DNA of 64,000 nucleotides from an uncultured delta proteobacterium (GTDB lineage: Bacteria > Myxococcota_A > Polyangia > Polyangiales > B10-G4), in the NCBI GenBank assembly GCA_963727445.1, contig CAVSGI010000027.1, positions 192,001 to 256,000 on the forward strand, written 5' to 3'. Both the position numbers and the translations under genes were made by a program. The stretch's first letter is position 1. Every line of letters begins with the position of its first letter. A model generated the notes under the pieces. That model ran no database searches. It was not told where the DNA came from and saw only the letters and a program-made list of their open reading frames with translations. This document shows positions 17,804 through 27,591 of the stretch, one piece after another.

Positions 17804-19363
17804 TCAAAGCAGGTCGAGGACTTTTCGGACTGGGTTGCCGGCGCGGAAGAGGAGACGCAGGCCCTTGTGGGCGGCTTTGTAGAGCTTGTCGCTGTACGGG
17901 TACCAGAGGGGCTCGTGGGCGCCCATGGTGACGCGGTCGTAGTTGACGTGGCGGAGCTCGCACATCGAGCGCAGGCCCTCCTCGCCGTGCACGCGACCGA
18001 AGCCGCTGTCCTTCACGCCGCCGAAGGGCGCTTCCGCGGCGGCGTAGGCGAGGAAGACGTCGTTGACCATCACCGTGCCTGCACGGACGCGCTCGGCGAT
18101 GCGGCGGCCCTTGTCGCGGTCCTTGGTGAAGACGTAGCCCATGAGACCGAGGTGGCTGTCGTTGGCCAGCTCGATGGCCTCCTCCTCGCTCTCGAACTTC
18201 ATCATCGGCACGACCGGCCCGAAGGTCTCCTCGCGCATCACCGCCATGTCTTGGGTGCAGCCCGAGAGGAGCGTCGGCTCGAAGAACTGGCCCTCCCCCG
18301 CGGCGCGCTTGCCGCCGGTCTCGAGGGTGGCGCCCTTGTCTACCGCGTCGGCGATCAGGTGCTCGGCGACCTCGAGCTGCTTGGCGAAGATGATGGCGCC
18401 CAGGTCGGTGTCGGCACGCGCCGGATCCCCCTGGCGGAGCTGCTGCACCAGCTCCCGCGTCCGGGCCACGAGTCGATCGTAGACGGCGGCGTGCGCGTAA
18501 ACCCGCTCGACGCTGATACAGATCTGGCCGCTGTTGGCGAAGCCGCCGAAGGTGATCGCGCGGGCGGCGCGTTCGATGTCCGCGTCGTCGCAGACGATCA
18601 GGGCCGCCTTTCCGCCGAGCTCCATGACGCAGGGGATGAGACGCTCGCCGCAGGCGGCCGCGACCTTGCGCCCCGTAGCGACCGCGCCGGTGAAGACGAT
18701 CTTGTCGGGCTGCGCGTCGACCAGCGCGGCCCCCGTGCCTCCCTCGCCCGTGACCACCTGAAAGAGGTCGTCCGGGAGCCCGGCCGCGTCGTAGACCTCC
18801 TTGGCCTTGAGGGCGATCAGCGGTGTGACCTCGCTCGGCTTGAGTACGACGGCGTTGCCGGCGATGAGCGCCGCGAAGACGTCGCCCATCGGAATGACGA
18901 AGGGGAAGTTCCAGGGAGAGATGATCCCGATCACCCCGCGCGGCGCGTAGTGAACGTAGCTCCGCCGATGCTTCAGGAGCGCGAGGTCGATCTCTCGGGG
19001 GGCGAGGATGCGGCTCGCGTTCTTCGCGTAGTAGGTGGCGACGCTCGCAGTGAGCGCCACCTCGTGGAGCAGAGCCTCGACCCGTGGCTTGCCGCACTCG
19101 GCGACGACGAGCTCGATGATGGCGTCTGCGTCATCGACGATCGCGTCTCGGAACTTGAGCACTCGGGCGACGCGCTCTTCGAGCGGCAACAGCGCCCAGG
19201 ACTTCTGCGCTTCTCGCGCACGTTGAACGACCCGCGCGACCTCCTCGGCGCCCATGACCGGGACTTCGCCCAGCGGCTCGCCCGTGGCCGGGGCGTAGCT
19301 GGTGATCGTCGGCGGTTGACCCTTCTTCTTCTGCAGCTGCGGTACGCCCTCTAGCTGACCCAT
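17804..19363 (-). CDS. Aldehyde dehydrogenase
   Basis: PWNFP, KPSE, FTGA, MELGGK, GQICIS, EETFGP, PFGGVKDSG; GGAGG RBS before ATG at 19363. Confidence 0.93.
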   Translation of the reverse strand: MGQLEGVPQLQKKKGQPPTITSYAPATGEPLGEVPVMGAEEVARVVQRAREAQKSWALLPLEERVARVLKFRDAIVDDADAIIELVVAECGKPRVEALLHEVALTASVATYYAKNASRILAPREIDLALLKHRRSYVHYAPRGVIGIISPWNFPFVIPMGDVFAALIAGNAVVLKPSEVTPLIALKAKEVYDAAGLPDDLFQVVTGEGGTGAALVDAQPDKIVFTGAVATGRKVAAACGERLIPCVMELGGKAALIVCDDADIERAARAITFGGFANSGQICISVERVYAHAAVYDRLVARTRELVQQLRQGDPARADTDLGAIIFAKQLEVAEHLIADAVDKGATLETGGKRAAGEGQFFEPTLLSGCTQDMAVMREETFGPVVPMMKFESEEEAIELANDSHLGLMGYVFTKDRDKGRRIAERVRAGTVMVNDVFLAYAAAEAPFGGVKDSGFGRVHGEEGLRSMCELRHVNYDRVTMGAHEPLWYPYSDKLYKAAHKGLRLLFRAGNPVRKVLDLL

Positions 19364-19530
19364 CGCTAGCCTCCGTCCCTTCGGGGGGACAAAAGCTAAC
19401 CCCCGGGACGGATGCTGTCGATGCGGCCCTGATGGAGGCGACGTCGGAGCGATGAGTGCACCGGCGAGGCGTGGGGAGGGAGCTCGATCCCCGCCGGTCG
19501 CTCGGCTCGACGTCGCGCGCTCAGGCGCTC

Positions 19531-20049
19531 TTAGAGGACGTAGTCCTTGAGGCGGGTGATGTCGCGAATCGCCTGGAGCTTCGCGAGACCGGCCGTCTCC
19601 ACCTGACGCACGCGCTCGCGGGTCAGGTTCATGATCTCGCCCACCTCTTCGAGGGTGATCCCACCGCGATCGGCGACATCCAGCGCGCAGGTCTCGGTCA
19701 TCTCCCAGACCTCGAGGTCGGGGAAGTTCAACTTGATCGAGCCACGCACCGGATGGACGTCGATGTACAGGTGGTACTTGCAGGAAACGAACGGGCACGG
19801 CCGATCGATGTCCTTGCACTCCATCCGCGTCTTCGGCTTCCAGTAGTCCGTCTCCGGGTAGAGCATCCTGCCGCGGTTCAACTCCGCTTTGCTCAAACGC
19901 CGAATGCTGATGGTGCGCGCCCGCTGCCGGCTTCGACGCTTACGACGCCCCCGCTTCTTCTTGGGGGTCTCTGTCCGTCTCCTCCGACGGCTCGATGGCG
20001 AGCGCCAACGAGCCCTCGGTCTTGGCCTGAGGCTGTTCGGCTTCGTCAC
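19531..20049 (-). CDS. Cys-rich protein with sigma70 region-4-like HTH
   Basis: C...[12 protein letters not shown]...ETC, followed by [27 protein letters not shown]. Confidence 0.8.
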   Translation of the reverse strand: MTKPNSLRPRPRARWRSPSSRRRRRTETPKKKRGRRKRRSRQRARTISIRRLSKAELNRGRMLYPETDYWKPKTRMECKDIDRPCPFVSCKYHLYIDVHPVRGSIKLNFPDLEVWEMTETCALDVADRGGITLEEVGEIMNLTRERVRQVETAGLAKLQAIRDITRLKDYVL

Positions 20050-20138
20050 GCGCCACCGTGCTCTCTTCCGCCCTCTCTTCGATCATCGCTCCCTCCACAT
20101 CTCTTCTTCTTTTTTCGGTCGGCGTCTCTGCGCGCCGC

Positions 20139-20663
20139 CTAAACCACCGCGCGCTCCATGCGCGCGCGCATCGAAAGCCGTCGTTCCACGGCCTCGAGCT
20201 TCGTCACCAGCTCGTCTGCCAGCGCCCGCGCCTCTTCGAGGCCGCGCTCTGCGAGCTCGTCACCCGAGCGCTCGGTCAGCGCTTCGTCGATCGAGTCGAA
20301 GACCCGGTTCAGCTGCCGTCCCAGGGCCTCGATGTCGCCCCGGACGAAGAGGAACTCCTTCTGGATCTCCTCGATGGTGAATCCCTGGCTCATCAGCCGA
20401 CGCAGGTGGGCGAGCTGGCGTATGGCCGTAGCCGGATACAGCCCCTGCGAGCCCCGATGCTTCCCCTTGCGCCCCACCCGGACACTCCGGGGGAGGAGGC
20501 CGAGCTGGACGTACTTGCGGAAGGTGGCCTCCGTGAGGCGCTCCCCCTTCGCCGTCACTGTCTCGACGATCTGCTGAACGGTCAGACCACGCGGGTTATC
20601 AGCCTCGATCTTCTCCAGCTCGCTCTCACTCCAGAGAGCTTGATTTCGCGTGTGTAGAGTCAT
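20139..20663 (-). CDS. MerR-family-like transcriptional regulator
   Basis: TFRKYVQLGLLP...GLY...LRRLMSQGFTIEEI plus a C-terminal coiled coil. Confidence 0.8.
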   Translation of the reverse strand: MTLHTRNQALWSESELEKIEADNPRGLTVQQIVETVTAKGERLTEATFRKYVQLGLLPRSVRVGRKGKHRGSQGLYPATAIRQLAHLRRLMSQGFTIEEIQKEFLFVRGDIEALGRQLNRVFDSIDEALTERSGDELAERGLEEARALADELVTKLEAVERRLSMRARMERAVV

Positions 20664-20770
20664 TTCCCGCGTTGGCAATGAATGTATTCTATTGAATGGA
20701 AATGGGTCAATAAAATTGTGCACTCTTGGGACACCTTGGAGTGCGTTTTTTCTAATCCATTAGGATTACG
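20664..20770 (-). promoter_or_regulatory. AT-rich divergent promoter region with palindromes
   Basis: Minus strand TTGACC-N18-TACATT upstream of the MerR gene; TAATCC-N4-GGATTA at 20753-20768. Confidence 0.5.
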
Positions 20771-20851
20771 CGTCTTTTCGTCGTACCTTCCAACGAGACA
20801 GCGACCCTCAGATGGCGTGAGCCTGCATGATTCTGCTAAGAGGTCCAGAAA

Positions 20852-21136
20852 ATGACGATCGCCTGTCCTCGAATTGGATCGCTTCTCCTCGCGCTCACGC
20901 TCAGCGTGCTGGGATGCAAGGAAACGCCGGGGGAAGGCCAGATCGGCGACCACTGCGACAAGGATGGGGACTGCGCCTCCCTGCTCTGCGTGGGGGGGGT
21001 GGCGGGCGATGACACCGTTTGCACCCAATCCTGCGGCGGCAACGAGGAATGCCCCGAGGACTGGTCCTGCGGCGCGGTGACCCAAGCGGGCGTGGTGGTC
21101 TGCCGCCAGGGAGCGTCGACGCCCTTCGGCCAGTGA
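20852..21136 (+). CDS. Small Cys-rich lipoprotein
   Basis: Lipobox VLGC; GDHCDKDGDCASLLC...CTQSCGGNEECPEDWSC. Confidence 0.75.
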   Translation: MTIACPRIGSLLLALTLSVLGCKETPGEGQIGDHCDKDGDCASLLCVGGVAGDDTVCTQSCGGNEECPEDWSCGAVTQAGVVVCRQGASTPFGQ

Positions 21137-21189
21137 GCTCCGGGCCCCGGTAGAGTTGGCGCCCCGTCGGCGGTATGGTCCGCCCGAAA

Positions 21190-22082
21190 ATGGGGAAGCT
21201 CCTCCGCTGGCTCTCCGGCTATCTCTTCGCCGACCCCCGAGCCCTCCGCCGCTTCCGAAAGAATCGCGGCGCCACCTTCGGCCTGGTGCTGGTGGTCCTG
21301 GTGACGAGCGCCGCCGCCTTCGGTCCCCTCCTCGCCCCGCACGACCCCGACGTGCAGCACCTGGAGGAGCTCCTTCACGAAGACGGCCTGCCCTACGGGC
21401 CTGGAGAGAGCCCCGGCCACCTCTTGGGCGCCGACACGATGGGCCGCGACGAGCTCTCGCGCCTGCTCTACGGAGGGGCGGTCTCGATGCAGGTCGCCTT
21501 CTTCGCCACGGGCCTCGCGGTCTTCATCGGTTTGATGGTGGGGCTCAGCGCGGGCTATTTCGGAGGCGCCGTCGACGCCGTGCTGATGCGCCTGGTCGAC
21601 GTCCTGTTGAGCCTGCCCTTCCTCTTGATCGTCATCGCCGTCCAACGCGTGATCGACCGCCCGGACCTCTGGGTCCTCTTCCTGATCCTGGGGGGCTCTC
21701 CTGGACCACCCTCGCCCGCGTCACGCGCGCGAAGACGATGCAGGTGCGCGAGCTCGAGTACGTGCAGGCGGCGCGCGCGCTCGGCATGGGCCACGGACGC
21801 ATCCTCTTTCGGCACGTGCTGCCGAACGTGCTCGGCCCCGCCATCGTGATCGGCACGACCCTCGTCGCCCAGATGATCATCGCCGAGTCGGCGATGAGCT
21901 TCCTCGGCTTCGGCGTGAAGGCGCCCGAAGCGAGCTGGGGCTCCATGCTCCGCGAAGGCCAGGAGTACCTGGGACACGCGCCGCGTCTGGTGCTGTTCTC
22001 GGGCCTTCTGATCATGGCCACGGTCTTCGGCTTCAACCTCCTCGGCGAAGGGCTGCGCGATGCGTTCGATCCGAAGGATTGA
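21190..22082 (+). CDS. Peptide/nickel ABC permease, DppC/OppC-like (frameshift in G run near 21690)
   Basis: HLLGADTMGRDELSRLLYG, EYVQAARALG, HVLPN, FNLLGEGLRDAFDP. Confidence 0.88.
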
Positions 22083-23843
22083 CCGCTTCGGCCCGCTGAT
22101 GGCCGCCGGCCTCGGCGCGGCGGTCGTGCTCGTATGTGGCGCTCTGGCGCCGCCCGAGCCCCAGGCGCCTCGCTATCAGGGCGCTGGCCACGAGGAGCCA
22201 CAGCACGGCGGCACCTTCGTGTTCCACCACGAAACTGCGGTGCGCAGCCTCGACCCTGGCGTCGCCTTCGACGACGTCTCCGGGCTGGCCATCCGCCTCC
22301 TCTTCGACGGGCTGCTCGACTACGACCGACCAGGCGAACTCGTCCCCTCCCTCGCCGACGCCCTTCCCACCCAATCCGACGACGGCAAGGTCTTCACCTT
22401 CCATCTGCGCGAGGGGGTTCGCTTCCACGACGGCAGCATCCTCACCGCCGACGACGTCCGCTGTCACATGGAGCGCATGCTCCACCCCGACACGGGCTCG
22501 CCGGGCTACGTCTTCTACACGCAGATCGAAGGGTTCGACGCGTACCGTGCCGGCGAGGCCAACCACGTCCGCGGCATCCGCGTCCTGGACGAGCGCACCA
22601 TCGAGTTCACGCTGAAGCAGGCGGACCAGACCTTTCTACTCGATGGCGATGACCTTCGCCTACCCGCTGCCGCGGTCGCACTACGAGCACCCGACGGTGG
22701 ACGTCCGCAGCACGCCGGTCGGCACCGGCGCCTTCATCCTCGATCCCGACGACTGGGAGCCGGGGTGCAGGTCGATCTTCGAGCGCAACTCGACGACTAC
22801 TGGAACGCGCCGCTGCCCTACCCCGACCGGATGCTCTACCAGCTCAACCTGGGCCGGGAAGTGGCGGTGATGCGCTTCCGCAACGGCGACCTCGACGCCG
22901 TGCACCGCTTCAGCCCGGCCGACTACATCTTCATCCACAACGCACCCGCGTGGGCAGCCGTATCTGCTCGAGTACCCGAAGAACTCGATGTGGGGCATCG
23001 GGATGAACACGCAGATGGCGCCCTTCGACGACGTGCACGTCCGGCGGGCCGTGGCCTACGCGGTGGACGTACAGGCGTGGCGGCGGCAGCGGAGCAATCG
23101 CCTCTTGCCCACGGGTCAGCCACTGCCGCCCGGTTTCCTCGGCTACGACCCGAACCTGCCCGGTGCCCATCATCACGACCTCGACCAGGCGCGCCGCGAG
23201 ATGGCCGACGCGGGGCATCCCGTCCGCCGCGAAGGGAGCCGCTGGGTGGCCGAGGGTCTCGAAGACGACGAGCTCGAGTTGTGGGTCGGCGAGGGAGACA
23301 CCGGCCGCGCATACGGCGAGATGATCCAGGCCGACCTCGCCAAGATCGGCATCCACATCGCGATCAAGCAGGTCTCGTTCCCCGTCTACCTCGAGGAGAC
23401 CGGCAAACCCAATCGCGTCCGGCTCTTTCTCGCGGGCTGGAACATGGACTTCCCCGACCCGTCGAACTTCCTCGACGTCCTGTTCAACAGCCGCGTCCAT
23501 CGCCGAGGAGAACTCCAGCAACCGTGCCTTCTACTCGAACCCCGAGGTCGACGAGCTCTCGAACGCCGCCAAGATCGAGCCGGACCGCGCGCGGCGCGGC
23601 GAGATGTATCGACACGCGCAGGAGCTGATCGTCGCCGACGCGCCCTGGGCGTTCATGTGCAGCGACCTCTTCCTCGAAGCCTGGCAGCCCTACGTGCGCG
23701 GCTATCGCCCCGACCCGGTGTGGACACTGGACTACCGCGACGTGTGGCTCGACCTCCCCAAGCGCCGCCTGGCCGAGCGCTATGGCGTCTTCCGCCGCCC
23801 GAACGAGCTCGCCGCGCTCTTCCCCTTCGGAGGCGCGCGCTGA
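22060..23843 (+). CDS. Peptide ABC substrate-binding protein, family 5 (about four frameshifts)
   Basis: SLDP, FHLREGVRFHDG, PVGTGAF, PFDDVHVRRAVAYAVD and GWNMDFPDP are spread across frames. Confidence 0.85.
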
Positions 23844-24837
23844 TGGCTTCCTTCGTCCTCAAGCGCGGGGTCTGGGCGGCCTTCGTGGTGTTGGCCGTCA
23901 TCACCATCGTCTTCATGCTGGTGAGCCAGATCGGCGATCCCTGCGCGGCTCGGCTCGGCGCGAACGCTCGGCCGGAGCAGGTCGAGGCCTGCCACGAGCA
24001 GACGGTTACGACCGACCAGCCATCGTGCAGTACACCGGGTACCTCGGCCTCACCCCCTGCCTTCGCAAGAGCTCACCGGCCTACGACGAGGGACGCGGGT
24101 ACTGCGGCGTGCTCCAAGGAGACCTCGGCGAGTCGATGCGCATGGAGCAGGACGTGGTGGACGTGGTGCTCACGCGCCTCCCTCGCTCGCTCCTCCTCGG
24201 CGGCATGGCCATGGGCTTCGAGGTCTGCATCGGCGTCTTCATCGGCATCCTGGCCGCGAGCCGCCGCAACACCTGGTTCGACACGGGCGTGATGGCGACA
24301 GCCTTCGTGGGCATCAGCGTCCCGACCTTCCTGTCGGGCCTGCTCTTCCTCTACTTCTTCGCCTTTCGTCTCGGTTGGTTCCCGGTCGGCGGCTACGGCG
24401 TGACGACCTGGGATCACGTCTACAGCGCGGTCCTGCCTGCGTTCACCCTGGCGATCATCGGCGCGGCGACCTACGCGCGCATCATGCGCTCGGAGATGGT
24501 CGAGACGATGCAGGCGGATTACATCCGCACCGCGCGCGCCAAGGGCCTTGGCCCGGTGGCGGTGATCCTCAAGCACGGCGTGCGCAACGCGCTCCTGCCC
24601 ATCGTGACGCTGATGGGCCTTCAGCTCGCGATCCTCGTCTCGGGCGCGATCATCACAGAGAGCATCTTCGCCTGGCCCGGCGTGGGACGTCTCGCCATCG
24701 AGTCGATCCACGACCTCGACGTACCGATCATCATGGGCGTGGTGATCATCGTCGCCTTCACCGTCCAGATCGGGAACTTCCTCGCCGACATGGCGGTGGG
24801 CGCGCTCGACCCGCGGGTACGCGTCGACGACAAATGA
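23843..24837 (+). CDS. Peptide ABC permease, DppB/OppB-like (frameshift near 24003)
   Basis: GDLGES, DYIRTARAKGL, HGVRNALLP, TESIFAWPGVG, LDPRV. Confidence 0.9.
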
Positions 24838-25634
24838 ACGAGCCACCCGAGCCGGTACTCGAGGAGGAGGAGGCGGCGGCGGCGGAAGCCCAGGACGCCG
24901 AAGGCGACGGGCGCTTGCCTCCGCTCAGTTGGCATCTGCTGTTCAAGCTGATGCTCTCGCCGATGGCCTTCCTCGCGCCATGCTTCAGCTGCGGGGCCGC
25001 CATCACCTTCGCCCAGTCCTTCGGCCCCATCGGGGCGATGGTCGGTGCCTTCGGGGGGTTCGTTCTGGGCATCGGCGCCATCTTCCTCTGGTACTTCTTG
25101 ATCACCGCCCACCCGGCGCAGCGTCGCGAGGAAGCCTTCGCCGAAGAGGCGATCGAGGACGCCGAGGCCGGCCGGCTGGGCCGGCGTCTCGGTGGGCCCC
25201 GTCCCCCGGCCGCCGAAGTGGCGGCCATCCCCTTGGACGCGCGGCCGGCGCTGGCCGTGGACATCTCCGGTGAGGTCGAGGACGCCGGGCGCCGGGTCGA
25301 CGCTCACGACAGCGCGCTCGAAGCCCTCGCGGCCGCCGAAGCCCTCGTCGCCGACCATCCCCGCGACGCGCGAGCCGTCGCTCTGCTCGCGCGGACGCTG
25401 CTCCGCGCGGGCCGTCCGAAAGAGGGCGCGCGCGTCGCCGCCGACGCGTTCCACGTAGCGGTGCTCAAAGGCCAGATGGATGTCGTTCCCCGCCTGGTTC
25501 AGTCCTTCTGGGAGCAGCGCGAAGAGCTGGCCCTCGACCCGTCGGTCGCGAAAGCCGTGGCCGAGCACCTCGAGGCGAAGGGCCAAGTCGACCGGGCCGC
25601 GTATTTCCGCTCAGGAAGGAGCTCGCTCCTCTGA
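24834..25634 (+). CDS. Hypothetical membrane protein with TPR-like C-terminus
   Basis: ATGA overlap with the upstream gene; two hydrophobic helices followed by helical repeats. Confidence 0.65.
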   Translation: MNEPPEPVLEEEEAAAAEAQDAEGDGRLPPLSWHLLFKLMLSPMAFLAPCFSCGAAITFAQSFGPIGAMVGAFGGFVLGIGAIFLWYFLITAHPAQRREEAFAEEAIEDAEAGRLGRRLGGPRPPAAEVAAIPLDARPALAVDISGEVEDAGRRVDAHDSALEALAAAEALVADHPRDARAVALLARTLLRAGRPKEGARVAADAFHVAVLKGQMDVVPRLVQSFWEQREELALDPSVAKAVAEHLEAKGQVDRAAYFRSGRSSLL

Positions 25635-25647
25635 AGCGGGGATCACA

Positions 25648-26595
25648 TCACTTCCGTCGCTTCGGACTGAGGACGAAGACGCGGCGGCCCTCTTCGTCCT
25701 CGCGCGCGGGCTGGACGTCGAAGACGTCGAGCTTGATCACCTTCCGCCGGCCACCATCCATGCGAAGGATCAGTCCGCCTGTCTCGCTCTCGCCCTCCAC
25801 GGCACAGAGACCGAAGACTTTGTGCCGCACGTAGTCGCCGCGTTCGGGGATGGGCTCGTCGAAGAACTCGTCCTCGGTCATGCGGCGCTTGGCGGGGAGC
25901 GGATCGGGCGCACGGACGGGCGGCGCGTTGCGACCGGACAGGAGTGTGGTCTTGTCGGCCTTCTGTCGCTCCTTGGCGCGGCGGCGGCGCTCCGCGAGGG
26001 ACAGTCGCTCGCGCGGCGGGCCGTCATCCTCCACCACGGGCGCGGCGCGCGCGGGGGCCGCCGCGACGGCGCTGACCTGGGCGACGTCGGCCCAGCTCGG
26101 CGCGCCAGCGGCGCCTGGCGACGCGACCGGCTCGGCGGCGGCGACAGCCCCGGCCCCCGCGTCGCGCCAGAGCGAGAGTCCGGTCGCTTCGTCGTGACCG
26201 CGGCTCAGGTCGAGGTCGTCGTAGACGTCGAGGCGCAGCTCGCAGGCGAAGACCGTCGCGTCCACCACGTGCCCGGCGAGCACCTCGATGCGGTCGCCCA
26301 CCTCGCGCGAGACGGTGGCGTGAACGTGCGCGAAGGGCGCGCCGTCCTTGTCGGAGATGTTCCCCGTGAGGTTGACGATCTCCACCGGCGTCTCGATGCG
26401 CCGCCCTGGGCGATACCGCTGCGTCTGTTGATCGTACTCGCAGAGCTCCACGCGTTCGAAGGCGCCAAGGGCGCTCACCCAGGCGGCGCCGATGCCGTGC
26501 TCCTCGGCGAGGGCTCGGAGCGCGGCCTGGAGCTCGTCGCCCCGCGACAGGCGGGCGACGATGTGGCGCACCTGGCGGCTCTCGAAGCTGATCAT
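25648..26595 (-). CDS. PPC (DUF296) domain protein with C-terminal Tudor-like domain
   Basis: RLSRGDEL, EIVNLTGNIS, HVHATVS, AGHV; C-terminal GDYVRHKVFGLCAVEG. Confidence 0.8.
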   Translation of the reverse strand: MISFESRQVRHIVARLSRGDELQAALRALAEEHGIGAAWVSALGAFERVELCEYDQQTQRYRPGRRIETPVEIVNLTGNISDKDGAPFAHVHATVSREVGDRIEVLAGHVVDATVFACELRLDVYDDLDLSRGHDEATGLSLWRDAGAGAVAAAEPVASPGAAGAPSWADVAQVSAVAAAPARAAPVVEDDGPPRERLSLAERRRRAKERQKADKTTLLSGRNAPPVRAPDPLPAKRRMTEDEFFDEPIPERGDYVRHKVFGLCAVEGESETGGLILRMDGGRRKVIKLDVFDVQPAREDEEGRRVFVLSPKRRK

Positions 26596-27557
26596 TCCGA
26601 ATGCTCCCTGCCGTACTCACCCGACAGCGCGCGGGCGAGGGGCGAGCCGCTGACGCCCGGGGTGTGGCGGAAGCTGGCCACCACCTGGAACTCCGGCGCC
26701 CCGAGATCCTGGTTGAGCCCGCCGCCGAAGCCGAACACCAGCGCGGTTCGCTCCCGGTCGAGGATGATGCGGATCTCCCCGAGCCCCTGAGCGGGGTTGG
26801 TCGGGTTGTGGGTCAGACCGAGCAGGACCTGCGACTCCACCGCCATGATCAAGTGGTCGTCGAAGAGGTAGAGCGCGAGGCCAGCAGCGAGGAGCACTTG
26901 GCTGCCCCAGGTCACGTCGAGGATGGTCGAGGTCTCACGCCCGCGGAAACCCGACTGGAGCTTGAGGCTGAGGTTGCCCCAACGTGCGCTCCCCATCGCG
27001 TCGACGTACCCAGACCAGCCGGTGGATCCCGTGAAGGAGGACTCGTCACCGGCGGGCGCGAGCACGCCGCCCGCGAAGCCCACGTCCAGATGCAGGGGCC
27101 CGGCGTCGTAGCCGTGCTCGAGGGGCATGTAGGCGAGATCGAGGCGAAGGTCGGCGACCGCGCCGGCGCTCAAGCGGTCGTCCGGGTTACCGGTGAACGC
27201 CTCGATGCCGTCGCCGCGCTGGAAGACCAGCGGCACGGCGAGCGTGGCCTGAAATCGATCGAAGAGCCCGAGGGCGTACATGAGGGTGAAGGTGGCGCGG
27301 CTCTGCACCACGTCCACCGATGTCCCGAGGTTGGGATCGGTGACCACGAAGGGACGATTGATGGCGTCGAAGTCGATGGCCAGCGCGCTGCCGACGTGGG
27401 GCAAGACCTGGCTGCCGCGCACGTAGGAGAGATCGTCGTAGGCGAGCCCGGGGATCCGCGTCTGCACGTCGAAGCCGAGGCTCTGCGCCGCCGCGGGCCC
27501 TGCGTCGAGCGAGAGCGCGCAGAAGAGCGTCAGTGCCAGGACAGTGAGCGTGCGCAC
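26592..27557 (-). CDS. Outer-membrane beta-barrel protein (myxobacterial OmpA-N-like)
   Basis: Signal peptide; LGLFDRFQATLAVPLVFQRG, ADLRLD, GAPEFQVVASF. Confidence 0.65.
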   Translation of the reverse strand: MRTLTVLALTLFCALSLDAGPAAAQSLGFDVQTRIPGLAYDDLSYVRGSQVLPHVGSALAIDFDAINRPFVVTDPNLGTSVDVVQSRATFTLMYALGLFDRFQATLAVPLVFQRGDGIEAFTGNPDDRLSAGAVADLRLDLAYMPLEHGYDAGPLHLDVGFAGGVLAPAGDESSFTGSTGWSGYVDAMGSARWGNLSLKLQSGFRGRETSTILDVTWGSQVLLAAGLALYLFDDHLIMAVESQVLLGLTHNPTNPAQGLGEIRIILDRERTALVFGFGGGLNQDLGAPEFQVVASFRHTPGVSGSPLARALSGEYGREHSE

Positions 27558-27591
27558 TGGCGCCCTTGTACCACGTGTACACTGGCCCGCC

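Noticed and set aside
21680..24010. Programmed frameshifting or phase variation in the ABC genes
   Set aside because: The breaks are numerous, heterogeneous and mostly lack slippery or repeat motifs.
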